Shown here: in pieces, positions 57,001 to 64,000 of the stretch
Numbering within the stretch: the stretch's first letter is position 1
How the letters are laid out: every line of letters begins with the position of its first letter
Assembly: GCA_040903985.1 (NCBI GenBank)
Contig: JBBDUI010000002.1
Coordinates: 262,038-326,037, forward strand
Origin: Candidatus Saccharimonadales bacterium
GTDB taxonomy: Bacteria; Patescibacteriota; Saccharimonadia; QS-5-54-17
Direction of reading: 5' to 3'
DNA length: 64,000 bases
The notes under the pieces: generated by a model
What the model was told of the DNA's origin: nothing
What the model saw: only the letters and a program-made list of their open reading frames with translations
The model's database searches: none
Position numbers and translations under genes: made by a program

Positions 57001-58330
57001 CGGTAGAGTCCTGATCCACACAAGTTGTAGCGGTTCGCACGCACATAGTTAGACCGAGAAATTCATAAGCAGCTGGATGATTACCTAAAGTATTGTTCAT
57101 ACCGAATGCAAAGGTATGATCCCCTGGCTGGAGACCATCAATTATATAGCTAGCTCCACCCTGACCCTCTTCCTGAGGTGAGCCCGGGCCGGCAGTATGA
57201 CGAATAAAAACAGAGTTTAGACCGTTATCGGTCACATGTGAACCGTCATCTTGGTGGACTACCTTGCGGCCAGTGATTAAACCGCCCGGGTCACAAGGCG
57301 AGTTATAGTTCTGACTGTCATACGGCATCCAAATCTGGATACCGTTAGTAGTAGCGACGTTACTCCAGATCCAGGTGTACTTACGGTCCATCCGAACAGT
57401 AAACTTTTCCCAGGCATACTCGTCATTACCCCCTAGCTGTGACCCTGAGAGTGAAAAGTCTTCATCCGGTACTCGATCGCCACTTTCACGATCACGGACT
57501 TCTACTCTCCAATTCAAATTATTGGGCTGATTAGAGGCACCGTAGTCAGCGTCGAACCACTTTAAGTAAGCTTCTCCATTATGTTCTTCGATGTCATCTG
57601 CATCTAAACAGCTGGTGGCGAACTCGAGTTGAAAAGTACCCGGGCCACTACCGGAGCGTTGCTGCAGAGCGAAAGATCCGTAATCGCTTCCACTCTGATT
57701 ACCGTCTGAAGGGTCTACATCATTATACTGAGTACCGTTTTGGGCTAGGTCGGCATAACCGACTATACCGCCATGGTTCAACGCCTGTACCTTAAAAGCG
57801 TTTACGCCACCACTATTAAGCCCGCCAGTGTGTAGGGCCTTTAGTAGGACTACATACTTCCCTTCACTCTCGGGTCGAATGGATTGGGTCATCGCCTCTT
57901 CCGGAATAGTGAACTCTCGATCAGGGCAGTTTGCCAGTTGACTAGAGAAATGAAAGAAAGGATTATTTTCACCTTCTCTCACTCCTAGCTCATTCACTTG
58001 AGCCCAACGAAAACTAGTCGGAGCGTTGGTATTAGTATCGACTCCGCTAGAACAGACATCACCGTTGATTAACCTGACCCTGTTACCACTGGCTTGATCA
58101 AAATAAAGCTTAAGCCATACTATCGGAGCATCAAGAGCATTTCCATTACCGTTCCTGGCTACCTCGACCCAGAAATTATTACCCCCTGGGCTGAAATCGG
58201 CCGGATTGGGCAGAATATTAACCGCATCGGCCTTGACTGGCTCGGGCTGCAAACTAACGAATGGACTAGTAAATAGACTAACCATAGCTAGAGCTAGCAA
58301 GACATCTTTTAAGTTCAGCTTAGCTTTCAT
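54008..58330 (-). CDS. Giant secreted low-complexity protein (1440 aa) with a signal peptide, rich in N/S/T/G/Y/W. It is a candidate pilus-associated or cell-surface adhesin.
   Basis: The N-terminal signal peptide is MKAKLNLKDVLLALAMVSLFTSPFVS. The frame is continuous and there are no TM segments. It sits at the head of the pilus operon, between the TPR genes and pilN. Confidence 0.6.
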   Translation of the reverse strand: MKAKLNLKDVLLALAMVSLFTSPFVSLQPEPVKADAVNILPNPADFSPGGNNFWVEVARNGNGNALDAPIVWLKLYFDQASGNRVRLINGDVCSSGVDTNTNAPTSFRWAQVNELGVREGENNPFFHFSSQLANCPDREFTIPEEAMTQSIRPESEGKYVVLLKALHTGGLNSGGVNAFKVQALNHGGIVGYADLAQNGTQYNDVDPSDGNQSGSDYGSFALQQRSGSGPGTFQLEFATSCLDADDIEEHNGEAYLKWFDADYGASNQPNNLNWRVEVRDRESGDRVPDEDFSLSGSQLGGNDEYAWEKFTVRMDRKYTWIWSNVATTNGIQIWMPYDSQNYNSPCDPGGLITGRKVVHQDDGSHVTDNGLNSVFIRHTAGPGSPQEEGQGGASYIIDGLQPGDHTFAFGMNNTLGNHPAAYEFLGLTMCVRTATTCVDQDSTVAYHNAAGHLQQNSITINVPNDSVEHYVSVWWHFERLAALPEAADHRIYGATTVDIPQAYVRDNEQFQINVLAYLWPNAGILDRGDDNNTNLWLAGIYGDDRGDSMGIGDQSSNAHPQTWTSFNLAAEANCPTPEAGLCRKRVPAAYVPQSDGTGVATTNTKDGSTTPGGNNWRSIRDESLGSQSSSQVTSCGNYTTSYNRYCGGVASGLNSNVGGFQGNRINNIEMSNIHIEGRGMSGLLAEGGLQGPIDRDLLQQPLLFPTDNSQSTLPRQSQGPDSGPAWDNIREPSTGLLNVTETSPNQTFPNVTSSGGVGNFVYDPQNIGTDYTAADRIYASGTAVSLLQDGQDNSNPPYDNPNEPLTYTASLDSIDRVDLQWDEYVDWSQVDDKGHWYTNQARRATGVDRGPRGGTTSTSVNRIQLTNYGSRQVTAYHWRCVHSNTGSSHTHSYSSIGSNPNNHHTGSWNCFRTGTSYTSTSTYCVGNTSVAYRNNSLNYYNDSTQSRYGWRNTQTTTQQMPYGGNGGNASSAFYSSYSTTPTWGRVGVTNFWQDSGVTNMSNSASSQKPSHFNRWIYNTSDPAYNNRHIFSQSITPSFRDDWYKTGSSCITRYPNGSHTTFTTTVSVASYYPSAKRIYEDTSSSAINGHVYGKYGNAATYDGNSDGLVDVGWSWASNLQRVRYEQTYTNRERKLGPRYRSGTGDERLYGTDPTRATLAGRGLATIYNPIVDVSAADVFSGGNLHSYFQDSQANSAFLFSNSQIINFRNQSRSFEDYNINPNRDRVGAFYPDGEDPVNYVFQDYQALVNTAADTCSIPNNLERASAQKSDNVFYCDGDLNLSSHTFTGGAGTIIVDGDLYITDNVSYNTALVNDRDILPSAGFIVTGNIYISPNVTSISGSYFANGCFNSGSLLLTDTSNRSCAQPVGNSNRILDDSPLSINGLVIANNFILARQPSGASNRLGNGAEQFFYDGRVVVNPPPGFSRIFTADAVWNDTVPRN

Positions 58331-58892
58331 CGAGAATACCCTCGAGCTCAGCGACTCTCGCTTGAGCCTGAGCTACCAAATAGTTACTCTCGCCAGTATC
58401 GACTGCCTCAGGTTCTGCCTGGGGTTCTAACAGCTCAATGTACCGCCGCTGGTAGTCTAGCTCCAGGGCAAACTGCTCTGTCTTTCGGGCAAGCTCGATC
58501 ACTCCGCTGACCACAAACTCACTCTCTGTTAGACCGAGCTCTTCGGCTCCTTGATAACACTCGAGAGCAGCTGCATAATCTCCCTGTTCAAAGTATAGTC
58601 GGCCCAGCTCAGCCAGAAGGTAGCTTCGCTCCTCCGCTTGAGCGGTCTCCGTCTGGGCTGTATTCAATAGCTCGATTGCTCCGTCTAAATCACCAGCTGA
58701 CCGTAGCTGTAGTGCCGTATCGATCTGTCTCTCGAAATCCGCTAATACAGCTGTATCCTGACCACCGTCCAGCACCGGCGCAGATTCGCTGTAGCGGCTA
58801 TATAGCCCGTAGCCAGCCACACCGATAAGCACTACTATAGCCACACTGACTAGTATTATTTTGGATCTAATTATTTGTTTGATATCAGGCAT
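58320..58892 (-). CDS. Membrane-anchored TPR-repeat protein
   Basis: 190 aa with an N-terminal TM segment followed by TPR-like helices (LGRLYFEQGDYAAALECYQGA). Confidence 0.5.
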   Translation of the reverse strand: MPDIKQIIRSKIILVSVAIVVLIGVAGYGLYSRYSESAPVLDGGQDTAVLADFERQIDTALQLRSAGDLDGAIELLNTAQTETAQAEERSYLLAELGRLYFEQGDYAAALECYQGAEELGLTESEFVVSGVIELARKTEQFALELDYQRRYIELLEPQAEPEAVDTGESNYLVAQAQARVAELEGILDES

Positions 58893-58981
58893 GCCATGAA
58901 CTATTCATTTTACTTTTAAGCTTATCCTTAAATATAGAGTTATTATGGGGTAATTGCAAGGTAGAAGACCGACCGGAATGA

Positions 58982-59620
58982 TTACGCTTCAAGGCTATCC
59001 TCTAGGGTCTCTACTCGGCGTTCTATCTCCTTTATCAGGTCAGGGTCAGTGGCCTCAACTGCGCCGGAGATATCGAGGTAGCGACGATAAGTAGCCAGAG
59101 CTTTCTCCGACTCACCCGTTCGCTCCGCTAACCGTCCCACTTCCAGTAAAGCTCTCGCAAGCTCGAACTGCGTCTGGGCCTCGGCGTGAGCTATCTCGAA
59201 TTGACGAAGCGCCAGCTCGTTCTTCTCTAACCCGCTATAGATTAAGCCGAGCTCGTAGTGTAGTTCATGTAACCAGTCTATATCCCGCCCTCGTTTAGTC
59301 TCGTTCTCAAGCAGAGTAATCGCAGCAAAGGTATCCCCTGAGTTAACCCGACGATAAGCCTCCCGCAGGACAGAATCAAGTGAAGCACCTGTCTGCTCAC
59401 TCGCTTCCGTCGACAGTTGAGCTGTCGTATAGAGACGACCTACCACAACGGCAGCTGCTAAGAGGAGCACAGCACCTAAAGTGAGTAATGTCGGACGGCC
59501 GATACGTGAGAACCTCTTACCGACCGACTTTAACTTGTCTGCAGAAGCTAACTTGGGTAGCCTAATACGCTTATACCCTTTAACTAACGTTTGGAATCTC
59601 TGTTTCAGCTTCATAAACAC
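58982..59620 (-). CDS. Membrane-anchored TPR-repeat protein (PilF/PilW-like?)
   Basis: 212 aa with an N-terminal TM segment and TPR-like repeats. It is the first gene of the minus-strand pilus cluster. Confidence 0.5.
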   Translation of the reverse strand: MFMKLKQRFQTLVKGYKRIRLPKLASADKLKSVGKRFSRIGRPTLLTLGAVLLLAAAVVVGRLYTTAQLSTEASEQTGASLDSVLREAYRRVNSGDTFAAITLLENETKRGRDIDWLHELHYELGLIYSGLEKNELALRQFEIAHAEAQTQFELARALLEVGRLAERTGESEKALATYRRYLDISGAVEATDPDLIKEIERRVETLEDSLEA

Positions 59621-59705
59621 ATCACGAGGTTAGGTTTTATACTTAAGCGTTATTCTAGCCCAACAGATTGCCCAATAGCAAGCAGATAGGCTAGAATAAA
59701 CAGAT

Positions 59706-60821
59706 ATGAGTCTATCTATCGGAATCGTCGGACTGCCTAATGTGGGCAAGTCCACGCTCTTCAACGCGCTTACTAGTAATAACGCCCTAGCGGCCAACTA
59801 CCCCTTCGCCACCATCGAGCCAAACGTCGGTGTCGTGGGCGTGCCGGATGAGCGCTTGGATAAACTCGCCGGAGTCTACCCTGGAGCACCGATTGTACCG
59901 GCCGATGTCCATTTCACCGATATCGCCGGCCTGGTGTCCGGGGCCAGTACCGGTGAGGGATTAGGCAATCAGTTCCTCGCTAACATTCGTGAAACCGGCG
60001 CCATCGCCCACGTCGTGCGCACCTTTGCCGATAGCAACGTTACTCATGTGGCAGAAGATATCGATCCCGAACGTGACATCTCCACTATAAACACCGAGCT
60101 CGTCTTAGCCGATCTCGCTAGCGTCGAAAAAAGACTACGCTCGATAGCCAAGGCAGCCCGAGCTCAGCCGGCACTCAAGCGGGATATAACTATATTAGAA
60201 GAACTGTATCAAGCACTTGATAACGGGAAATTGATCACAAATTTTGTTCAAAATGGTGATGTAGGATTATACCTTGAAAAAGCCAAAGTTAGTCATGATA
60301 CTCAAATTTTAGTCACTCAACTACTAACCGCTAAACCGATGCTCTACGTCTTCAACATTGATGAGCAGACTCTAACCAACGCCGCTAAAATGGCTAAACT
60401 GAGTGCCCTGGTTAGCCCTAGCCTAGCGGTCTTCATCTGCGCCCAAATCGAGGCCGAACTACAAGGACTAAGCGCAGAAGATGCTCGGGAAATGCTACAA
60501 GAATACGGTCAGCATGAATCCGGACTGAGTAAGTTAATTCACGCCGGCTTCGGCGCTCTAGGCTTGCAAAGCTTCTTTACAGCCGGTGAAAAAGAAGTCC
60601 GGGCTTGGACTATCCCCCAGGCGGCTACCGCCCCTCAAGCAGCCGGAGCCATCCACACCGACTTTGAGCGTGGCTTTATCGCCGCTGAGATCATCAACTG
60701 GGAAGACCTAGTAACGGCCGGCTCACGTGCGGCGGCCCGAACTAGCGGTAAACTCCGCACCGAAGGCAAAGACTACCAAATGCAGGATGGTGACGTAGCA
60801 GAGTTCCGCTTCAACATCTAG
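59706..60821 (+). CDS. ychF: Ribosome-binding ATPase YchF (Obg-family GTPase)
   Basis: MSLSIGIVGLPNVGKSTLFNALT... contains the G1 motif. The TGS-like C-terminus is present. Confidence 0.9.
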   Translation: MSLSIGIVGLPNVGKSTLFNALTSNNALAANYPFATIEPNVGVVGVPDERLDKLAGVYPGAPIVPADVHFTDIAGLVSGASTGEGLGNQFLANIRETGAIAHVVRTFADSNVTHVAEDIDPERDISTINTELVLADLASVEKRLRSIAKAARAQPALKRDITILEELYQALDNGKLITNFVQNGDVGLYLEKAKVSHDTQILVTQLLTAKPMLYVFNIDEQTLTNAAKMAKLSALVSPSLAVFICAQIEAELQGLSAEDAREMLQEYGQHESGLSKLIHAGFGALGLQSFFTAGEKEVRAWTIPQAATAPQAAGAIHTDFERGFIAAEIINWEDLVTAGSRAAARTSGKLRTEGKDYQMQDGDVAEFRFNI

Positions 60822-60890
60822 CCCTCCACTTCACGCAATCGCTCCATATAATAAAATTACAGTTAATTGTATGTTCGGGTGGGTTAAGAC

Positions 60891-61616
60891 TTAAGTAGCT
60901 GGCTTTATAAGGTAGAAGCGCTCGATATTACCTTTAGCTCCGGCTACGGCGGAGTCGGCCTTATCTATGACTATGAATCCATGTTGCTTCAGCCAGAGCT
61001 CAAACTCCTTAAGGATCCGCCGCCGAATAGTATCGTTCTTAATCACCCCTTTGTGCTTACTGGCCTCAGCGACCCCTGCCTCAAACTGTGGCTTACACAT
61101 AGCCATAATTATACCTTGCGGTGCTACAAACCTAGCGATATAGGGTAGGACTTGTCGCAAGGATATAAATGAGACATCGATAACGACGATATCGACTGTT
61201 TCTGGCAACTGAGCTACCCGAATATCGGTCTGCTCCATCACTACTACGCGTGAATTAGCTCGAATTCGCTCGTGCAGCTGGTTAGTCCCGACATCGACCG
61301 CATAGACTTTTGTAGCACCCTGTTGCAAGGCATAGTCACTAAAACCACCGGTAGAGGAGCCGACATCTAGCACCGTTTTTCTCTTAAAGTCTACTCCAAA
61401 CTTAGCGTTAACCGAAGCCAGCTTAAGTCCAGCCCGGGAAACATACTGCATGGCCGCCTCCAGGCTGAGATCGGCCCCTGCATCTGTCTGCCAACCCGGC
61501 TTGTCTCGTCGTACCCCATCCACCCGGACCTTGCCGGCCATAATCAGCGCTGCTGCTTGAGTGCGTGATTCAGCTAGGCCACACTGGTGCACTAGATGGT
61601 CCAGACGTATCTTCAT
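60891..61616 (-). CDS. tlyA: TlyA-family rRNA 2'-O-methyltransferase (S4 domain plus FtsJ-like MTase)
   Basis: An N-terminal S4-like domain, then VLDVGSSTGGFSDYALQQGA, the SAM motif. Confidence 0.8.
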   Translation of the reverse strand: MKIRLDHLVHQCGLAESRTQAAALIMAGKVRVDGVRRDKPGWQTDAGADLSLEAAMQYVSRAGLKLASVNAKFGVDFKRKTVLDVGSSTGGFSDYALQQGATKVYAVDVGTNQLHERIRANSRVVVMEQTDIRVAQLPETVDIVVIDVSFISLRQVLPYIARFVAPQGIIMAMCKPQFEAGVAEASKHKGVIKNDTIRRRILKEFELWLKQHGFIVIDKADSAVAGAKGNIERFYLIKPAT

Positions 61617-61621
61617 GCTCC

Positions 61622-62179
61622 CTACACCCGCTCGATGTAAGTACCAGTCCTAGTATCGATCCGGATCGTATCTCCTGCTGCGATAAAAAGCGGCACCTGG
61701 ATATCGGCCCCAGTTTCAATCCGGCAACCCTTCATCACACTACCAGCACTGTCACCCTTAACGTTAGGATCAGCGCTCTCCACCACCACTTCCACCTTAA
61801 TCGGTAGCTCCACTCCAGCCAACTCGTCGTTGATGTAGAGCAACTTCACTTCCTGTCCCTCCTGGAGATAGACCAGCTCTTCCACTACATTTTCTCGGTC
61901 CAAGCCGGTCTGCTCATAAGTATCGAGTCGCATAAAATGAGCTAACGCACCATCGCTATAGAGGTACTGGGCGGCAACTGGCTCTAAGTGAGCCGAAGCT
62001 ATCTTTTCATTGCCCTTAAAGGTCTTGCTTAGAGTCGAGCCGTCGCGCAGATTCTTTAATTTTGTCCGCACTACCGCCCCTCCTCGCCCCATACTGGCAT
62101 GGTCATAGCTCAACACTCGGTAGACGCTCCCGTCGAGCTCGATTAAAGTTCCTTTTTTTAGATCGGTAATACTATACAT
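61622..62179 (-). CDS. efp: Elongation factor P
   Basis: MYSITDLKKGTLIELDGSVYRVLSYDHASMGRGGAVVRTKLKNL is canonical EF-P, including the KPGKG-equivalent loop region. Confidence 0.9.
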   Translation of the reverse strand: MYSITDLKKGTLIELDGSVYRVLSYDHASMGRGGAVVRTKLKNLRDGSTLSKTFKGNEKIASAHLEPVAAQYLYSDGALAHFMRLDTYEQTGLDRENVVEELVYLQEGQEVKLLYINDELAGVELPIKVEVVVESADPNVKGDSAGSVMKGCRIETGADIQVPLFIAAGDTIRIDTRTGTYIERV

Positions 62180-62205
62180 GGCAGATTAACTGCGCTCCAG
62201 AGCAA

Positions 62206-62400
62206 TTACTCGGCTACAAACGGTAGTAGTGCTATATGGCGGGCGCGTTTAACAGCTTGGGATAGATCGTTCTGCATCTTTGCGCTCAAACCGGTCTTGC
62301 GGCGTGGCTCGATCTGACCAAACATGTTGGTGTAGCGCTGCAATGTTTTGACATCTTTATAGTCAAATACTTTGGGTGCTCTTCCGTGCTTCTTCGGCAT
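62206..62400 (-). CDS. rpsR: 30S ribosomal protein S18
   Basis: ...[50 protein letters not shown] is canonical S18. Confidence 0.9.
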   Translation of the reverse strand: MPKKHGRAPKVFDYKDVKTLQRYTNMFGQIEPRRKTGLSAKMQNDLSQAVKRARHIALLPFVAE

Positions 62401-62445
62401 ATTTATCTCCTTGTTTAAGTTAAATCTTCTATCTTCTTAGGTCGA

Positions 62446-62901
62446 TTAGAAAGGTATCTCACTGAGATCGACGTCGTCATCCTGGTCTTCGATCTGGGCA
62501 CTCTTCTTCGGGGCCGAGCTGGCTTTAGCCTTGCTGCCACTCTCCGCTGCATCGCCTCCACCTTCACTACTAGGGCCATCGAGGAAATTGATGTCGCTAG
62601 CTACGATCTCGGTACGATAGTTCTTCTTCCCATCATCACCATCCCAAGATCGAGTTTGCAAACGGCCTACGATCATGACTCGCCGTCCCTTACTTAGATA
62701 CTGGTCGGCTAGCTCAGCTAGTTTTGCCCAGGCTACTACGTTATGAAAGTCGGCCTGTTCTTGCTGATCACCGTTCTGGTCGGTCCAGACTCGGTTGGTT
62801 GCTACGGCAAAAGAGGCTACAGCACGACCACCAGAGGTGGTGCGTAACTCAGGATCCCGAGCCATATTACCTACGATTATTACTTGGTTGAAACTACGCG
62901 C
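62446..62901 (-). CDS. ssb: Single-stranded DNA-binding protein
   Basis: MARSFNQVIIVGNMARDPELRTTSGGRAVASFAVATNR... is an OB fold. The acidic C-terminal tail DDVDLSEIPF (DDDIPF-like) is present. The start was set at an internal Met. Confidence 0.85.
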   Translation of the reverse strand, partial: ARSFNQVIIVGNMARDPELRTTSGGRAVASFAVATNRVWTDQNGDQQEQADFHNVVAWAKLAELADQYLSKGRRVMIVGRLQTRSWDGDDGKKNYRTEIVASDINFLDGPSSEGGGDAAESGSKAKASSAPKKSAQIEDQDDDVDLSEIPF

Positions 62902-63250
62902 CATCCTCATCCTCCTTATCCTTATCCTTAGTCTCTCGCTTATCCTCCCGCACCTCTTCTTCCGCTGGTGGTTCATAAACCACCACCTGGTGGCGTAAGA
63001 CCTCATCGCTAAGACGTAAAGCTCGCTCTAACTCGGCCACTTTGCTCGTATCGAGGTCGATTACAAAGAATAAATAGACGGCAAAGGTCTGATTCTTAAT
63101 CGGATAAGCTAGCTTACGCTTGCCCCAGTTATCACGTTTCACTACCTTCGCATCGACGCCATTTAGAATGTCGTCCAGCCGCTTAAGTGGTGCCTCGAGA
63201 TCGATCTCGAGATCCGGATGCAGTAAAACTGCTATTTCGTATTGGTTCAT
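62894..63250 (-). CDS. rpsF: 30S ribosomal protein S6
   Basis: MNQYEIAVLLHPDLEIDL... is canonical S6 with an acidic C-tail. A GAGAGGAG RBS is present. The start was set at the internal Met. Confidence 0.85.
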   Translation of the reverse strand: MNQYEIAVLLHPDLEIDLEAPLKRLDDILNGVDAKVVKRDNWGKRKLAYPIKNQTFAVYLFFVIDLDTSKVAELERALRLSDEVLRHQVVVYEPPAEEEVREDKRETKDKDKEDEDGA

Positions 63251-63275
63251 CACCAACTCCTCTCTTTGGACTCCG

Positions 63276-63577
63276 CCCCGCACTTGAAAACGTTAACGAA
63301 AGCCAAGCCGTTTCTTGAGCTCGACTAAACCACGACCGTAACGCTTTAGTTCGCGTTCTCGCTCTAAAGCCAGGGCTTTCGATGGGAACGCTTCGTAATA
63401 GACGAGCTCCCATGGAATGCCACTCTTAGTCGCTTTACTGCGACCTAGGTTGTGTTGTTTGAATCGCTGCTTGAGATCTGCCGTGGAGCCGATATAAAAA
63501 GACTCATCTTTCTGACTCTGCAACAGGTACACAATAGTACATGAAGCGATTCTAACATAACGTTTTCAGGTGCGGGG
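63276..63577. mobile_element. Third copy of the TIR-bounded GIY-YIG element (302 bp). Its TIRs are CCCCGCACTTGAAAACGTTA / TAACGTTTTCAGGTGCGGGG, and it sits 26 bp upstream of the rpsF start.
   Basis: The 20-bp TIRs have one T/C difference and are homologous to the TIRs in rnpB. The element encloses a homologous 79-aa GIY-YIG ORF whose stop codon again lies inside the TIR. Confidence 0.7.
63293..63532 (-). CDS. GIY-YIG nuclease-family protein (YhbQ/COG2827-like), about three-quarters identical by eye to the copy at 19471..19719
   Basis: (V)YLLQSQKDESFYIGSTADLKQRFKQHNLG...RYGRGLVELKKRLGF. It has an apparent GTG start. A 1-nt indel relative to copy A removes the MYY N-terminus. Confidence 0.65.
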   Translation of the reverse strand: MYLLQSQKDESFYIGSTADLKQRFKQHNLGRSKATKSGIPWELVYYEAFPSKALALERERELKRYGRGLVELKKRLGFR

Positions 63578-63629
63578 AGAAAGGTTAACTTTATATCCAG
63601 CCTATTATACCAGATATCCGCCCCATAAC

Positions 63630-63956
63630 TCAATCTGTTCTCTCTGGCGCCTCAGCTACCCGCACCGTACGCTCTTCCGTCGTGGTCCGCCCCATACTAC
63701 TCCGAGCAACCAGCGTGAAGGTATAGGTACCTTCATCTAGGGTAACCTGATGACTAAAGCTACCGTCGTCCGCGACTATAATCGGCTGGCCGTCAATCGT
63801 CACCTCACTACCTAGACTGGTAGTGCCAGTAATAACGATCTCTCGGCTATAAATGGTCTGATCCTGAGTCGGAAACTCCACATGGAGCTGCGGGTTACCG
63901 GCCAGCAGAAGAACTTGCCAGATAATGTAGGCGATAACAGCAGCAATACCCAGCAA
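63630..63956 (-). CDS. Hypothetical membrane-anchored protein with an Ig-like/beta-rich C-terminus
   Basis: 108-aa ORF with an N-terminal TM segment. The true start may lie upstream. Confidence 0.3.
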   Translation of the reverse strand: MLGIAAVIAYIIWQVLLLAGNPQLHVEFPTQDQTIYSREIVITGTTSLGSEVTIDGQPIIVADDGSFSHQVTLDEGTYTFTLVARSSMGRTTTEERTVRVAEAPERTD

Positions 63957-64000
63957 AATACTAGCCTGCTTGATTAGACTGGTAGTAACTATCGGTGCAC

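Noticed and set aside
1-64000. CRISPR arrays or cas genes
   Set aside because: No regularly spaced direct repeats of 25-40 bp were seen anywhere in the window, and no Cas-like proteins appear in the ORF set.

Overview
This 64-kb window is chromosomal, about 50% GC and gene-dense. Gene content and the weak Shine-Dalgarno sites suggest a small-genome, CPR/Saccharibacteria-like bacterium. It carries core housekeeping genes (argS, thrS, infC-rpmI-rplT, rpsF-ssb-rpsR, efp, ychF, ndk, uppP, miaA, murT/gatD, nrdR, smpB, comM and seven tRNAs). It also carries a complete type IV pilus cluster of about 18 kb on the minus strand: pilD-pilT-pilB-pilM, four prepilin-like genes, pilC, pilO and pilN, a PilX-like protein with a lectin-like C-terminus, a 1440-aa secreted low-complexity giant protein and two TPR proteins. 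Two structured RNA genes were found by eye on the minus strand. One is a tmRNA (12664..13076). The other is a bacterial type-A RNase P RNA (about 19005..19776).

The most unusual feature is a family of about 300-bp elements. Each is bounded by perfect 19-20 bp terminal inverted repeats (CCCCGCACCTGAAAA(T/C)G...) and encodes a small YhbQ-like GIY-YIG nuclease of about 80 aa. One full copy sits in the P3 helix of the RNase P RNA gene and a 130-bp miniature copy sits in P12. A third full copy lies in the 5' leader of the rpsF-ssb-rpsR operon.

A second notable region is a low-GC island (about 8.6-12.66 kb) just downstream of the tmRNA gene. It is bracketed by direct repeats of the tmRNA 3' end, terminator and flank, and carries hypothetical genes, including a 400-aa protein with a possible HEPN motif. 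No integrase is present.

Also noted: a GC-rich, highly self-complementary non-coding stretch (about 300..700), a candidate sRNA between smpB and gspE, and an alkyltransferase-like (ATL) protein. No CRISPR array was found.
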